Notes under the pieces: model-generated | Seen by the model: the letters and a program-made list of their open reading frames with translations, nothing else | What the model was told of the DNA's origin: nothing | The model's database searches: none | DNA from: Gemmatimonadota bacterium | GTDB taxonomy: Bacteria; Gemmatimonadota; Gemmatimonadetes; Gemmatimonadales; GWC2-71-9 | Direction of reading: 5' to 3' | Length of the DNA stretch: 56,279 nucleotides | Assembly (NCBI GenBank): GCA_024641735.1 | Contig: JAHECN010000003.1 | Coordinates: 1-56,279 of the forward strand | Made by a program: the position numbers and the translations under genes | Shown here: piece by piece, positions 1 to 9,498 of the stretch | How the letters are laid out: each line of letters starts with the position of its first letter | Position numbering within the stretch: position 1 is the first letter of the stretch

Positions 1-193
1 CGCTGCGTCGCACATTGGCTCGGAGGGCGGCTACACGGGCCAGTCCGCCGCTCTTGCCGCCCGCGACCGGGGAGATTTCATAGACGTCGTTAAAGTGCAG
101 AAACGTCGCGGTACGGCTCCCAGCGCCCTGTGCGAGCCCAATAACGGGTGCGGCGAGGGTCAGGGCGCTGAGCAGGGCCAACAGGCGGTACAT
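1..193 (-). CDS. 5'-nucleotidase / calcineurin-like metallophosphoesterase, N-terminal part (runs off the window edge)
   Basis: Manual translation from ATG at 193: MYRLLALLSALTLAAPVIGLAQGAGSRTATFLHFNDVYEISPVAGGKSGGLARVAALR. Signal peptide followed by the LHFNDVY and GGLARVA motifs of 5'-nucleotidases. Not in the ORF track. Confidence 0.8.
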   Translation of the reverse strand, partial: MYRLLALLSALTLAAPVIGLAQGAGSRTATFLHFNDVYEISPVAGGKSGGLARVAALRANVRRS

Positions 194-318
194 GGGCATT
201 CCTTCCAAGTGTGACCCGGAATCTGGACCCTTGGGGGCTGGCCCGCCAGCGTCAATCTGTGCATCGTTACCAAACCGGCTCGTCCCTTGGGCCGTCTACT
301 CAAACAGGAACGGAAGCT

Positions 319-1215
319 GTGATTCGAAAGATTTTCGTGGCCCTTGGGGCCGTCGTCGTGCTCGGTGGATGTGTCAGCAAGAAGCAGTTTGACGCCGTGG
401 TGCTGGAACAGCAGCAGCTCGCCGAGCAGAAGGACTCGCTGGTCGCGGACGTGCTCGCGGCCACCCAGATGGTAACCGAAATCAATACGGATCTGGCCCG
501 CGTGAAAGCGCTTGGCATCTCTCCGGTTGGCGGCGGGGAGCGCCCCGTCAGTGGTCGTGCGGAAGAGCGCGCTGTCCTGCTCGGCAAGGTCCGCGAGGTG
601 ATTGCTCGCCTCGACGCGGCCGACAAGCAGATCGAAGCGCAGAAGAAGCGCATCGGGGGGCTGACCGCGGAGCGGACGCGCCTGGTCGCGCAGCTGGAGA
701 GCTTCCAGAAGTCGATCGACGAACTTCGTGGTGCCGCCATGCAGCAGGAGGCGCTGATCAACGAGCAGAAGGAACAGATCGTCGTGCTGACGTCGAAGGT
801 GGACACCCTGACGCAGAAGACCGCGCAGCTCACCACCGAGAAGGCCGCGGTCAAGGACACGCTGAGCTTGGTGATCGACGAGAGTCACGTGGTGTACTAC
901 GCCGTGGGAACGAAGGACGAACTCCTCAAGCGCGGCATTCTCGTGAGCGAAGGGAGCAAGTTCCTCGTCTTCGGCAGCAAGACGTTGCAGCCGGCGCGTG
1001 ACTTGAAGCCGGAACTCTTCCAGCGCCTCGACCGTCGTCGGGACACCGTGCTGGTCGTGCCGGAGCCGAACAAGGAATATCGAATTGTCACGCGTCAGAG
1101 CCCGGCCTTCCTCTCTTCCACCGTGATGTCGAACGGCAAGGTGAAGGGCGACCTGCACATTTCGTCGCCGGAGTTCTGGGACGGCGGGAAGTTCTTGATT
1201 TTGGTTCGGGACTGA
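319..1215 (+). CDS. coiled-coil lipoprotein (resembles Cbp1-like family)
   Basis: GTG at 319 gives VIRKIFVALGAVVVLGGC (lipobox), a long heptad coiled coil, and a C-terminal domain with YYAVGTKDEL. Confidence 0.65.
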   Translation: MIRKIFVALGAVVVLGGCVSKKQFDAVVLEQQQLAEQKDSLVADVLAATQMVTEINTDLARVKALGISPVGGGERPVSGRAEERAVLLGKVREVIARLDAADKQIEAQKKRIGGLTAERTRLVAQLESFQKSIDELRGAAMQQEALINEQKEQIVVLTSKVDTLTQKTAQLTTEKAAVKDTLSLVIDESHVVYYAVGTKDELLKRGILVSEGSKFLVFGSKTLQPARDLKPELFQRLDRRRDTVLVVPEPNKEYRIVTRQSPAFLSSTVMSNGKVKGDLHISSPEFWDGGKFLILVRD

Positions 1216-1221
1216 TCGATC

Positions 1222-1295
1222 GAGTCGTGAGTCGTGAGTCGTGGGTCGTGAGAGGTGTGAGGCGTCCGTCCTCTCACCACTCGCGACCCACGACT
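1222..1295. repeat. (GAGTCGT)n heptamer repeats forming a 26-bp inverted repeat hairpin
   Basis: Arms 1237-1262 and 1270-1295 are complementary with 3 mismatches and a 7-nt loop, directly downstream of the stop at 1215. Confidence 0.8.
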
Positions 1296-1328
1296 AGTTT
1301 CTGATATCCATCACCGAGGTCTCGCCCC

Positions 1329-1853
1329 ATGCTCCGCCGTGTCCCCCTGCTGGTCGCCCTTGTCGTGACCACGTCCTGTTCGGCCCCGAAGGCGCAGGAC
1401 GCTGCCGTGCCCATCGTACCTGCCGAGCCAGTTGCCGCGCCGGTTGCCGAGGCCAGTGTCCCGATCATCCCGGTTGGGGATCAGATCCCTATTCGCGTGG
1501 TGAAGTCACCAACCTGTGGCTGTTGTGCGGCTTGGGTCGATTACATGAAGGAGAATGGTTTCGCGGTGACGGTCGAGGAGCGGGAAGTGTTCACCGAGCT
1601 CAAGCGCGCCAACGGAGTGACCCCGGAACTGGAGTCGTGTCACACGGCTTTTGCCGGTGACCTCGTGATCGAAGGCCATGTCCCGGCCGAGATGATCAAG
1701 AAGGTGCTGCGCGAGAAGCCGGCCGGGGTCAAGGGTCTCGCGGTACCGGGGATGCCAGTCGGCTCACCAGGGATGGAAGGTGGCACGCCGCAGCGCTACA
1801 CCGTGTTCACATTCGATGCGACCGGGAAGTCCTCGGTGTACTCGAAGCAATGA
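1329..1853 (+). CDS. DUF411 family metal-binding (CopG-like) lipoprotein
   Basis: KSPTCGCC, SCHT, EGHVP and PGMPVGSPGME motifs; lipobox TTSC. Confidence 0.9.
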   Translation: MLRRVPLLVALVVTTSCSAPKAQDAAVPIVPAEPVAAPVAEASVPIIPVGDQIPIRVVKSPTCGCCAAWVDYMKENGFAVTVEEREVFTELKRANGVTPELESCHTAFAGDLVIEGHVPAEMIKKVLREKPAGVKGLAVPGMPVGSPGMEGGTPQRYTVFTFDATGKSSVYSKQ

Positions 1854-2065
1854 GTGGAGACCGCGTCGATCGGATGCGTGCGGCAGTGCTGCGGATGGTC
1901 TTTGGAGTAGTGGCAGTCGACACGGTCGCGCTGACCATTTGGTTCATGGCCGGCGTGGGCTCGCGCCCCGAGTGGCGCACGCCGATGGTCGTGGTGTGGT
2001 TGCTGGCGACGCTCGCCGTGGTGCTGCCAGGATTGCGGGCCATTCGGATGGCCCGCCGCGGCTGA
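1850..2065 (+). CDS. small two-TM membrane protein
   Basis: ATGA overlap with the upstream gene; two hydrophobic segments. Confidence 0.6.
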   Translation: MSGDRVDRMRAAVLRMVFGVVAVDTVALTIWFMAGVGSRPEWRTPMVVVWLLATLAVVLPGLRAIRMARRG

Positions 2066-2833
2066 TCAGTCCGTCCCCTCGCGCGCGAGCTCGTCGCGCA
2101 GCTGATCGCGCGCCACACGAATCTTCTCTCGGACCCGATCCCGCAACGCGGGAAGGTCGTCCATCGTGAGCCCAGCCGTGGGCTCCGGAGCCAACACCTC
2201 GACAATTGCGTGGGCCGGGTTGATGCGCCAATCGTGCTTGGCGATCGCGTCGCGCGTGCCGTAGAGCGCGAGGGGCAGGATCGGGACTCCCGCCTCGATC
2301 GCGAGACGAAAGGCCCCGTCCTTGAAGGGCAGCATCTCCGCCGTCGGCGAGCGGGTGCCCTCCGGAAAGATCATCACGGACATCTTGCCATCAAGGCGTT
2401 CACGGCAGGCGATCATAGCGTCCCGCGCACTCGAGCCACGTCCCCGCTTGAAGCCGATGTCCCCCGCCGCCCAGTTGTCCCAGCCGAGGACCGGGATCCG
2501 GAAGATCTCGATCTTGCTGAGCCACTTCATCTCCCACGGCAGGTGGGTGATGAGGAGCATGTCCGCGAACGACTCGTGATTGGACACCACGACGTACGGA
2601 TTCCGGATATTGATGCTGGCGATGGGGCCGCGCGCTTCGAAGCGCCAGCGCGGCGTGACCAGGGCGCTCCACGGGCCGACCCGGCGAAACCAGCGGCCTC
2701 CGTAGTAGTTCCAGCGGTCCCAGGGGCGGCCCAGATAGCGGTGGAGGAGGATCAACGGAAAGACCACCACCAGCGCCACGCCGATCATGGACCACGTCCA
2801 AATGGACGCCAAGGTGGTGCGGAATCGGGACAT
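2066..2833 (-). CDS. plsC: 1-acyl-sn-glycerol-3-phosphate acyltransferase (PlsC family)
   Basis: NHESFAD (NHxxxxD) and IFPEGTRS motifs; start at 2833 or 2851. Confidence 0.88.
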   Translation of the reverse strand: MSRFRTTLASIWTWSMIGVALVVVFPLILLHRYLGRPWDRWNYYGGRWFRRVGPWSALVTPRWRFEARGPIASINIRNPYVVVSNHESFADMLLITHLPWEMKWLSKIEIFRIPVLGWDNWAAGDIGFKRGRGSSARDAMIACRERLDGKMSVMIFPEGTRSPTAEMLPFKDGAFRLAIEAGVPILPLALYGTRDAIAKHDWRINPAHAIVEVLAPEPTAGLTMDDLPALRDRVREKIRVARDQLRDELAREGTD

Positions 2834-2871
2834 GGCAGGGAAAGTAGACACTTTCTGCCTATTTTCTATTC

Positions 2872-3948
2872 ATGACCTCAGACTCCCTGCCTCTCCTGTC
2901 CCAACTCCTCGATGCTCCCGGCCCTTCCGGATTCGAACGCCACCCGGCGCGTCTCTGGCGTGAAGCCGCGGCATTTGCCGACGAAGTGCATGCCGATGTG
3001 GGCGGCAACTCGTTCGCCACCGTCCATCCGGCGACCGGTCCATCCGACGGCCCCCGCGTGATGTTCGCCGGGCACATCGATGAAATCGGCGTGATGGTGA
3101 TTCATGTCGACGAGCACGGCTTCTGCTTCTTCGAGCCGATCGGCGGGTGGGACACCCAGGTCTTTGTCGGACAACGCGTCCTCCTCCTCGGCCGCGACGG
3201 CCCGGTGCACGGTGTCATCGGGAAACAGGCAATCCACATGATGGATCAAAAGGAGCGGGACAAGCTCTCGAAGCCCCACGATCTCTGGATCGATATCGGT
3301 GCCTCCACGCGTGACGAGGCGCTGGCGCGGATCCGCGTGGGGGACGCTGGCGTCCTTGGCTCAACCGTCACACGGCTTCCCAACGATCGCATCGTCTCCC
3401 GGTCGCTCGACAACCGCATCGGTGCGTATGTCGTGCTCGAAGCGCTCCGGCAGTTGGCGGCACACCGTCCCGCGCTTTCGGTGACCGCAGTCGCCACCAC
3501 GCAGGAAGAAATCGCCTATTCCGGGGGTGGAGCGCGGACCTCCGCGACGACCCTCACGGCGCACGCGGCCTTCGTCGTGGATGTGACCCACGCGACCGAC
3601 TTCCCGGGCGCAGAAAAGAAGCGCCACGGGGAAGTGGCGCTCGGTGGCGGCCCGGTGCTCTCGCGCGGGTCGGCGGTGAATCCGGTGCTCTTCGATCTGT
3701 TGGTGGAAACGGCCAACGCGGAAGGAATTCCCTACACCGTCCAGGGTGCCGCGCGCTACACCGGAACGGATGCGGATGCGATCTTCACGGCCCACCACGG
3801 CGTGGCGACCGCACTGGTCTCGGTACCACTTCGCTACATGCACTCTCCGAACGAACTCGCCGCCCTGAGTGACATCGCGCACGCCGCCACGTTGCTGGCG
3901 GCGACGGCGCGACGCCTTGAGACCACCACCGACCTGGTGCCGCGCTGA
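2872..3948 (+). CDS. M42 family metallo-aminopeptidase
   Basis: GPSGFE, GHIDEIG, LDNRIG, QEEI, DVTH, GTDA and RYMHSP motifs. Confidence 0.93.
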   Translation: MTSDSLPLLSQLLDAPGPSGFERHPARLWREAAAFADEVHADVGGNSFATVHPATGPSDGPRVMFAGHIDEIGVMVIHVDEHGFCFFEPIGGWDTQVFVGQRVLLLGRDGPVHGVIGKQAIHMMDQKERDKLSKPHDLWIDIGASTRDEALARIRVGDAGVLGSTVTRLPNDRIVSRSLDNRIGAYVVLEALRQLAAHRPALSVTAVATTQEEIAYSGGGARTSATTLTAHAAFVVDVTHATDFPGAEKKRHGEVALGGGPVLSRGSAVNPVLFDLLVETANAEGIPYTVQGAARYTGTDADAIFTAHHGVATALVSVPLRYMHSPNELAALSDIAHAATLLAATARRLETTTDLVPR

Positions 3949-3954
3949 CGGCAC

Positions 3955-4515
3955 TCAGCTGTTGAGGATCGCCATCGCGGTGGGAGTTCCGATCTGCTCG
4001 AGTGCACGGTACGCCGCCGCGCGAACACCCTCATCCTCGTGGCGCAGCAGTACTTCCAAGGCGGGGATGGCCAACTCGAGGGCGCGCAGCCCGGACACCT
4101 CGGCTGCGGCGGCAAGCCGCCTGGGGTCGCGCCCCTTGAGTGCGTGCAGCACTGGCCCAGTCGCCTCCGGGTGTTCCGTGAGGGCCTCGAGATAGACCCG
4201 CCGTGTGACGCGGTCCGGTGCCAGTGCCAGTTGTTGCAGGAGTGCCTCGGCTCCGACAATGCCGAGCGCGAAGAGTGCCTCCCGGACGACAGCCGGTGTG
4301 TCGTGGTCCCGGAGTCGGCGAGCCATGATGGCGAGGGCGTGCGGGGCCGAGAGGTCCTCGCGTTGGGCGGCAAAGACCTGTGCCGTGAGCAGGCTCTCGT
4401 GCCGCTCAAGCTTGAGCAACTCGAGCAGAACCACGGCAAGGCCTGCGGCATCCTCCTGCTCGATGGCACGTTCCCCTCGCACAACGAGGGGTTTTCCTCG
4501 CTCACCGTCGTTCAT
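3955..4515 (-). CDS. HEAT-repeat domain protein
   Basis: Helical repeats such as RRLAAAAEVSGL and DEGVRAAAYRALEQIG. Confidence 0.65.
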   Translation of the reverse strand: MNDGERGKPLVVRGERAIEQEDAAGLAVVLLELLKLERHESLLTAQVFAAQREDLSAPHALAIMARRLRDHDTPAVVREALFALGIVGAEALLQQLALAPDRVTRRVYLEALTEHPEATGPVLHALKGRDPRRLAAAAEVSGLRALELAIPALEVLLRHEDEGVRAAAYRALEQIGTPTAMAILNS

Positions 4516-4547
4516 CGCATCCTCCGCAGAAGCACCGTCTCCACAAC

Positions 4548-6209
4548 TTAGCCGATCAGTCTGGGCGTCAGGAATCGCGCCACATCCGCACGCCGATCAC
4601 CACCCGCCGGTAGGGCATGCGCCAGAGCGACGCCAAGACTCGCGGGTGGTGGCGCCGACCCCGACGTCAACATGTCCCGCATTGGAGTCCGGACGCTCGC
4701 GCGGCCCCCTTCCAGGCGAACGCCAAGATCGAGTGCCTCATGGGCGAAGATCATGTCATGCGTGATGGCGACCACGGCATGACCCCGGTCGACGCGCGCA
4801 CGCACGGCGGCGATCACACGGTCACGCGACGCTCCGTCGAGGGCAGCGGTCGGCTCATCCAAGAGCAATAGTTTCGGGTCGGTGACGAGGATGGCGGCGA
4901 GCGCCACCAAGCGGCGTCTCGGCAGTGGGAGATCGTAGGGATGCTCATCGATCGCATCGCGCAGGCCGAGCTCGTCGAGCACGGATTCCACGGCCTCCGC
5001 AATGGCGGCGGAGTGCCATCCCGCGAGCCGAGGCCCCATGCCGCACTCGCTGCGGACCGAAGACGCAAAGAGCTGCCGTTCCGGTTGCTGGAAGAGGAAG
5101 CCGACCGCGGGAGCAAAGTCTTCGGGATGGAGCCCGGCGGTCGCGCGACCGAGCACGGACAACGTGCCACCGCTTGGATGGTCAAGCGCCATGGCGAGGC
5201 GGAGCAACGTCGATTTTCCTGCGCCGTTCGCCCCGAAGAGTCCGATCGCGTCGCCAGCGTGGACCATGAGTGAGACGCCACGAAGCACTGGTGCCCCATC
5301 CCGATAACTGAACTCGACCAAATCACAGGAGAGCACCGGTGCGTCGTGCGCTCGGGGTGGCTCAGCGAGAAGCGGTGCAGAGGATCTTGGGATCGCGGCA
5401 GTCTTGGCGAGCAAGTCAGCCGTCGTGATGGGCCGTGGCACGGGCATCCCTGCGGCACCGGCGAGCGTGGCAGCGTCGGTCGTGCTCGCCCCTGCGGTGA
5501 TGAACGCGTCTCCGGCGAGGAGCGTCGTGGGGTTACCGTCGACGGCGACCACACCATGATCGAGTACGACAACGCGATCGGCGATCGGTGCCATGACGTC
5601 GGCGTCATCCGACGCAATCACGACCGTCGCACCGTCCTGCGCGAGGGATTGAATCCAGGCTGCCACGGAGAGGCGGCTGGCATGATCGAGTGCCGCAAAG
5701 GGCTCGTCGAGCAGCCAGACGCGCGGGGCAGTTGCCGCGAGTGCCGCCAACAGGACGCGCTGCTGCTCACCGCCCGAGAGTTGTTCTGGTCTCCGCTCCG
5801 CCAAGTGACTCACGTTGAGCCGTGCCAGTGCCGTGTCGGTGGCGTCCCGGAGACGCTCGAGTGTCCAGCAGAGATTCATCGGACCGACTGCGACTTCGTC
5901 CCACACGGTGCGGGCAATGCCGCTGAGTTGCAGCGCGGGAGTCGGCCCGAGATAGGCGACGCCATGTTGGAGCGGCGTCACGTCAGAGGGGTCCTCGCCC
6001 AGGCAACGGACTTCCCCGGAGCGCTCGCCGCCGGTGATGCGCGGCGCGAGTCCCGCCAAAGCCAGCAGCAGCGTGCTGGTGCCGCTCCCGAGCGCGCCGG
6101 TGAGCCAGGTCACCTCCCCCGCTTCGACCGTGAGCGAAATGCCATCGAGCGCGAAGCCCGTCTGGGCCGGGTAGCGAAAGCGCAGCGTCTGGGTCGTCAG
6201 CGAGGTCAC
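4548..6209 (-). CDS. ECF transporter fused dual ATPase (A-A')
   Basis: Two ABC domains (LSGGE, LLDEP twice, GANGAGKST); GTGA overlap with the T component gene. Confidence 0.9.
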   Translation of the reverse strand: MTSLTTQTLRFRYPAQTGFALDGISLTVEAGEVTWLTGALGSGTSTLLLALAGLAPRITGGERSGEVRCLGEDPSDVTPLQHGVAYLGPTPALQLSGIARTVWDEVAVGPMNLCWTLERLRDATDTALARLNVSHLAERRPEQLSGGEQQRVLLAALAATAPRVWLLDEPFAALDHASRLSVAAWIQSLAQDGATVVIASDDADVMAPIADRVVVLDHGVVAVDGNPTTLLAGDAFITAGASTTDAATLAGAAGMPVPRPITTADLLAKTAAIPRSSAPLLAEPPRAHDAPVLSCDLVEFSYRDGAPVLRGVSLMVHAGDAIGLFGANGAGKSTLLRLAMALDHPSGGTLSVLGRATAGLHPEDFAPAVGFLFQQPERQLFASSVRSECGMGPRLAGWHSAAIAEAVESVLDELGLRDAIDEHPYDLPLPRRRLVALAAILVTDPKLLLLDEPTAALDGASRDRVIAAVRARVDRGHAVVAITHDMIFAHEALDLGVRLEGGRASVRTPMRDMLTSGSAPPPASLGVALAHALPAGGDRRADVARFLTPRLIG

Positions 6210-6943
6210 GCGCGCACCCGCCAAATGATGATTGCCAGAAGGGCAGTGACGGCCATCCAGCGTACCACGCGTTCCAGTAGGTGGTCTGCTGGCGGGTCGA
6301 TCGCGGTGCGCGGTCCGGTGGCCGTCAGGCCTCGGGTTTCCAGCGCGAGGGCGCGTTCGTCCGCCTCAGTGAGTGACGCCAGAAGGAGCGGGAAGACGAG
6401 CGCGGGGATGGCCCGTGCTCGCGTGGCGAGCGAGCCACGGACCTTGAGTCCCCGGGTGCGCTGTGCTTCCCGAAGCCGGGTGGCCTGCTGCCCGAACCGA
6501 CTCATGGCATCGAGTGTCGCCACGATCAAGAACGCCGCCGAGAATGGCCACTTGCGTGCGATCGCGGCTTGGAGGAAGCGGTGCGGATCGAACGCGCGCG
6601 CAAAGGCGAGTGACGCGGTGACGATCGCCGCCAGCCGACTCCCCTGCTCCACACCCCACGCCATCCCTGCCACAGAGAGCGTGCCGCCCCACGGTGCCGT
6701 CAGGTAGGGTGCCTCACCGAGAATGCCGTGCATGATGAAGAGGAGGACCCAGAGCGGGACCACGACGACCAGCGCGTGCAGCACGGCACGTCCCACTCCC
6801 GTTACGATCGCGAGAAGGCAGACCGCGGCATAGAGGAGGGGAGGCCCGCTCGGCGCGGGAGCGAGGACGCCGAGGAAGATGAGCACCAGCGTCACGGTCC
6901 CGGCCGTGAAGGGATGCACGCGGCCCGCAAACGAGGTGGTCAT
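6206..6943 (-). CDS. ecfT: ECF transporter transmembrane T component
   Basis: TM helices, EAQRTRG and ALETRG (xRG) motifs; ATG at 6943. Confidence 0.88.
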   Translation of the reverse strand: MTTSFAGRVHPFTAGTVTLVLIFLGVLAPAPSGPPLLYAAVCLLAIVTGVGRAVLHALVVVVPLWVLLFIMHGILGEAPYLTAPWGGTLSVAGMAWGVEQGSRLAAIVTASLAFARAFDPHRFLQAAIARKWPFSAAFLIVATLDAMSRFGQQATRLREAQRTRGLKVRGSLATRARAIPALVFPLLLASLTEADERALALETRGLTATGPRTAIDPPADHLLERVVRWMAVTALLAIIIWRVRA

Positions 6944-7509
6944 CGGTCGACGGCGCGAGCAGCGAGCGGGAAGCGACCGAGGATCCGTCGCGGCAAGGCG
7001 CGGAGCAGGAACCCGACCAAGACGAAGGCAGCGGTCTTGTCGAGGAGGTCCGTGGAGATGGACGCCGCGGTGACCGCCACCGGGAGGGAGGCCCCCAAGG
7101 AACGGAGGAGCGCGCCGACCGCCGTGACGCCTCCGGCGGTGACGCCCCGGAAGAGGAGATAGGAAATGGCAGCGGAGCAGGCGCCACAGAGCAGCCCGCA
7201 GAGGGCCCCCCATGCCCCGCTCCGCCACGCCCCGGCAAAGCCCTTCCCCTGCGCCGCTCCCCCCGCGAGCAGGGCGATCAGCCACTGAATCGGCATGAAG
7301 GCGATCCACTGGTAGCCGGAGAGCATCCCCGCCAGCAGCTGACTGATGCTGCCCACCAGCAGTCCGCCCCGCCACCCGGCCAAGATGGCCACCAGCATGG
7401 TACCGAGCGTGTCGAGGTAGACCGGCAGCGCCAACTCGGCCACGATCCGTCCGATGACGAGATTGATGGCCACGGCAGCAGGAATCAGCGCGAAGAGGCG
7501 TGGGGACAA
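6940..7509 (-). CDS. ECF transporter S (substrate-binding) component, substrate unknown
   Basis: 189-aa hydrophobic protein with LPVYLDTLGT and DLLDK; first gene of the S-T-AA' operon. Confidence 0.85.
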   Translation of the reverse strand: MSPRLFALIPAAVAINLVIGRIVAELALPVYLDTLGTMLVAILAGWRGGLLVGSISQLLAGMLSGYQWIAFMPIQWLIALLAGGAAQGKGFAGAWRSGAWGALCGLLCGACSAAISYLLFRGVTAGGVTAVGALLRSLGASLPVAVTAASISTDLLDKTAAFVLVGFLLRALPRRILGRFPLAARAVDR

Positions 7510-7598
7510 TGGACCCGGCGTGGTCTGGAGTGAGGTGGACCACTAGAATCTAGGGGTACTTCAACCTGGAAGGACCTATCCTCGATGCCGATCGGATC

Positions 7599-8027
7599 GT
7601 GACCCGGCTGCGCGCCGGCTTTAATCACGACATGCCGCGGAAGGAATTGCTGACGCTGGCCTGCGAGTTGATGCGGGAAAGCGGTGCGCCCTACACGTCG
7701 GTCTATATGTACATGCTGCACGGCGACATGCTCGTGCTGGAGGCGTATAGTGGGCGCGACACCGACCACGACCGCATCCCGGTCGGGAAGGGTGTCTGCG
7801 GGACGGCCGTGGCGACGGGAGAGGATCAGAATGTTGGCGATGTGCAGGGACGCGAGAACTATATCGCCTGCAATCTGTTCACCAAGTCGGAATTGGTCGT
7901 CCTGATCCGCCGCGGGACCCAGATCCTTGGACAGATCGACGTCGACTCCGATGTGCTGGACCCCTTCACCCCGGACGAGGAGCGCGCCGTGCGGCAAGTG
8001 GCGGAGGCGCTCGCGGTGCTGCTGTGA
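7599..8027 (+). CDS. GAF domain protein, free methionine-(R)-sulfoxide reductase-like
   Basis: IPVGKGVCG, YIAC, SELVV and IDVDS motifs of the fRMsr/MsrC-like GAF family; start uncertain. Confidence 0.8.
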   Translation: MTRLRAGFNHDMPRKELLTLACELMRESGAPYTSVYMYMLHGDMLVLEAYSGRDTDHDRIPVGKGVCGTAVATGEDQNVGDVQGRENYIACNLFTKSELVVLIRRGTQILGQIDVDSDVLDPFTPDEERAVRQVAEALAVLL

Positions 8028-8863
8028 CGGTGCGCACCATGACGCGTGAGGTCCGCGGCGTCACGCTTTTTGAACGGCGCATCGGCGAGGGGCCGGAGGT
8101 CGTGGTCTTGCACGGGGGTCCCGGCGCACACCATGACTACCTGCTCCCCGGGTTCGACGCGCTGGGCAGCGGACGCACACTGATCTACTACGATCAGCGT
8201 GGTGGCGGACAATCGGCCGTGGGCCGCGACATTCCTGTCGGCTGGCAGGAGCAGGTGGCGGACCTCGAAGCACTCCGTGTGCTCTGGGGGCTGGAGCGCC
8301 TGGATTTGCTTGGATACTCGTGGGGCGCGTTGTTGGCGATGCTGTACGCCGTCACGCACCCGGACCGGGTCGGGTCGCTTGCACTCGTCTCTCCCGCCCC
8401 TGCCGCCAAGCAGGAGCGATTGGTGTATGAGACGGCGCTCGCGGCGCGGAACGCCACGCCGGAACTCCTCGCCGCGCGCCGCGCGCTGCAGGAGAGCGGG
8501 CTGCGGAGCAGCGATATCCCCGCGTACAATCAGCGCCTCTTCGAACTCGCGGTGTCGGGATATTTCCACGATCCGGCGCGGGCGCGAGATCTCACCCCGT
8601 TCCGCGTGACTGGACGCACGCAACAGGAAGTGTGGAGCTCGCTCGGCGAGAATTTCGATCTTCGCCCCGAACTCGCGAAGCTCGACCTCCCAGCGATCGT
8701 GGTCCACGGCGATGATGATCCGATTCCCCTCGCCACGGCCGAGGCGACGGCGCGGGCACTCAAAGCGCCGTGCGTGGTACTGCCGCATTGCGGGCATGTC
8801 CCGTACGTGGAAGCGCTGCCCGAGATGATCGCCGCCCTCGATCCCTTCCTTCCCCGCGCATGA
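8024..8863 (+). CDS. alpha/beta hydrolase, proline iminopeptidase-like
   Basis: HGGPG, YDQRG, GYSWG nucleophile, GDDD and CGH. Confidence 0.85.
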   Translation: MTVRTMTREVRGVTLFERRIGEGPEVVVLHGGPGAHHDYLLPGFDALGSGRTLIYYDQRGGGQSAVGRDIPVGWQEQVADLEALRVLWGLERLDLLGYSWGALLAMLYAVTHPDRVGSLALVSPAPAAKQERLVYETALAARNATPELLAARRALQESGLRSSDIPAYNQRLFELAVSGYFHDPARARDLTPFRVTGRTQQEVWSSLGENFDLRPELAKLDLPAIVVHGDDDPIPLATAEATARALKAPCVVLPHCGHVPYVEALPEMIAALDPFLPRA

Positions 8864-9498
8864 CACCCCGACCGCACCCTTTCACGCTGGTCTTCGGCGA
8901 GCTCGCCGAGGCACGTTTTCCGGCGATTCGGGAGGCGGTGGGAGACGCGCCGTCCGTCGATCAGTTCCTCCTTGCCGAGGCCGTGGTCGAATTGCTGCAG
9001 GAACTCCGCCCAGATGAAGGCATTGGCGAGGCAATCGACGATTTCGTCGCCTTTACCCATGCTGCGTTCTGTTTCTGGGCGGCTGGCTCGGTCACCCGAG
9101 ATCTCGATCTCGCCACGACCCGCGCGCTCTGTGCAGAGGCGGGGGGCGGCACGCACGCGGAGCCTGCCACCACGACGTACATTCAGGTCTCCCCACGTCT
9201 CATCTGGGGCCAGCTCGGCGAGGAGACCCTGCACGAGCCGCTCGATGGCTGGTTTGCACTGCCAGAGGCGTCCGCCGTCCGGATGGTCGCCTGTTTCGGG
9301 GTCCACGCCGAGCGGCCGGGGCTCTCGGTGGTCTCGATCGTCGGGACAGCATCGGAGTCGTTCGTTCGAGAGGATGGGACGCCGCGCTTTGCGCCGACCA
9401 TGGAGGGCGGGGAGTTGGCAGGGTTGTTTGCCGTGGCATCGCCAGAGGAGCTCCTTCTCTTGGCAGCGCGCGCGGGTCAGTTCGAGGGAGGACGATAG
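8860..9498 (+). CDS. hypothetical protein
   Basis: ATGA overlap with the upstream gene; stop abuts the polX start. Confidence 0.7.
   Translation: MTPRPHPFTLVFGELAEARFPAIREAVGDAPSVDQFLLAEAVVELLQELRPDEGIGEAIDDFVAFTHAAFCFWAAGSVTRDLDLATTRALCAEAGGGTHAEPATTTYIQVSPRLIWGQLGEETLHEPLDGWFALPEASAVRMVACFGVHAERPGLSVVSIVGTASESFVREDGTPRFAPTMEGGELAGLFAVASPEELLLLAARAGQFEGGR

Noticed and set aside
7510-7598. Riboswitch upstream of the ECF S component
   Set aside because: The divergent spacer is under 90 bp and has no recognisable aptamer motifs.
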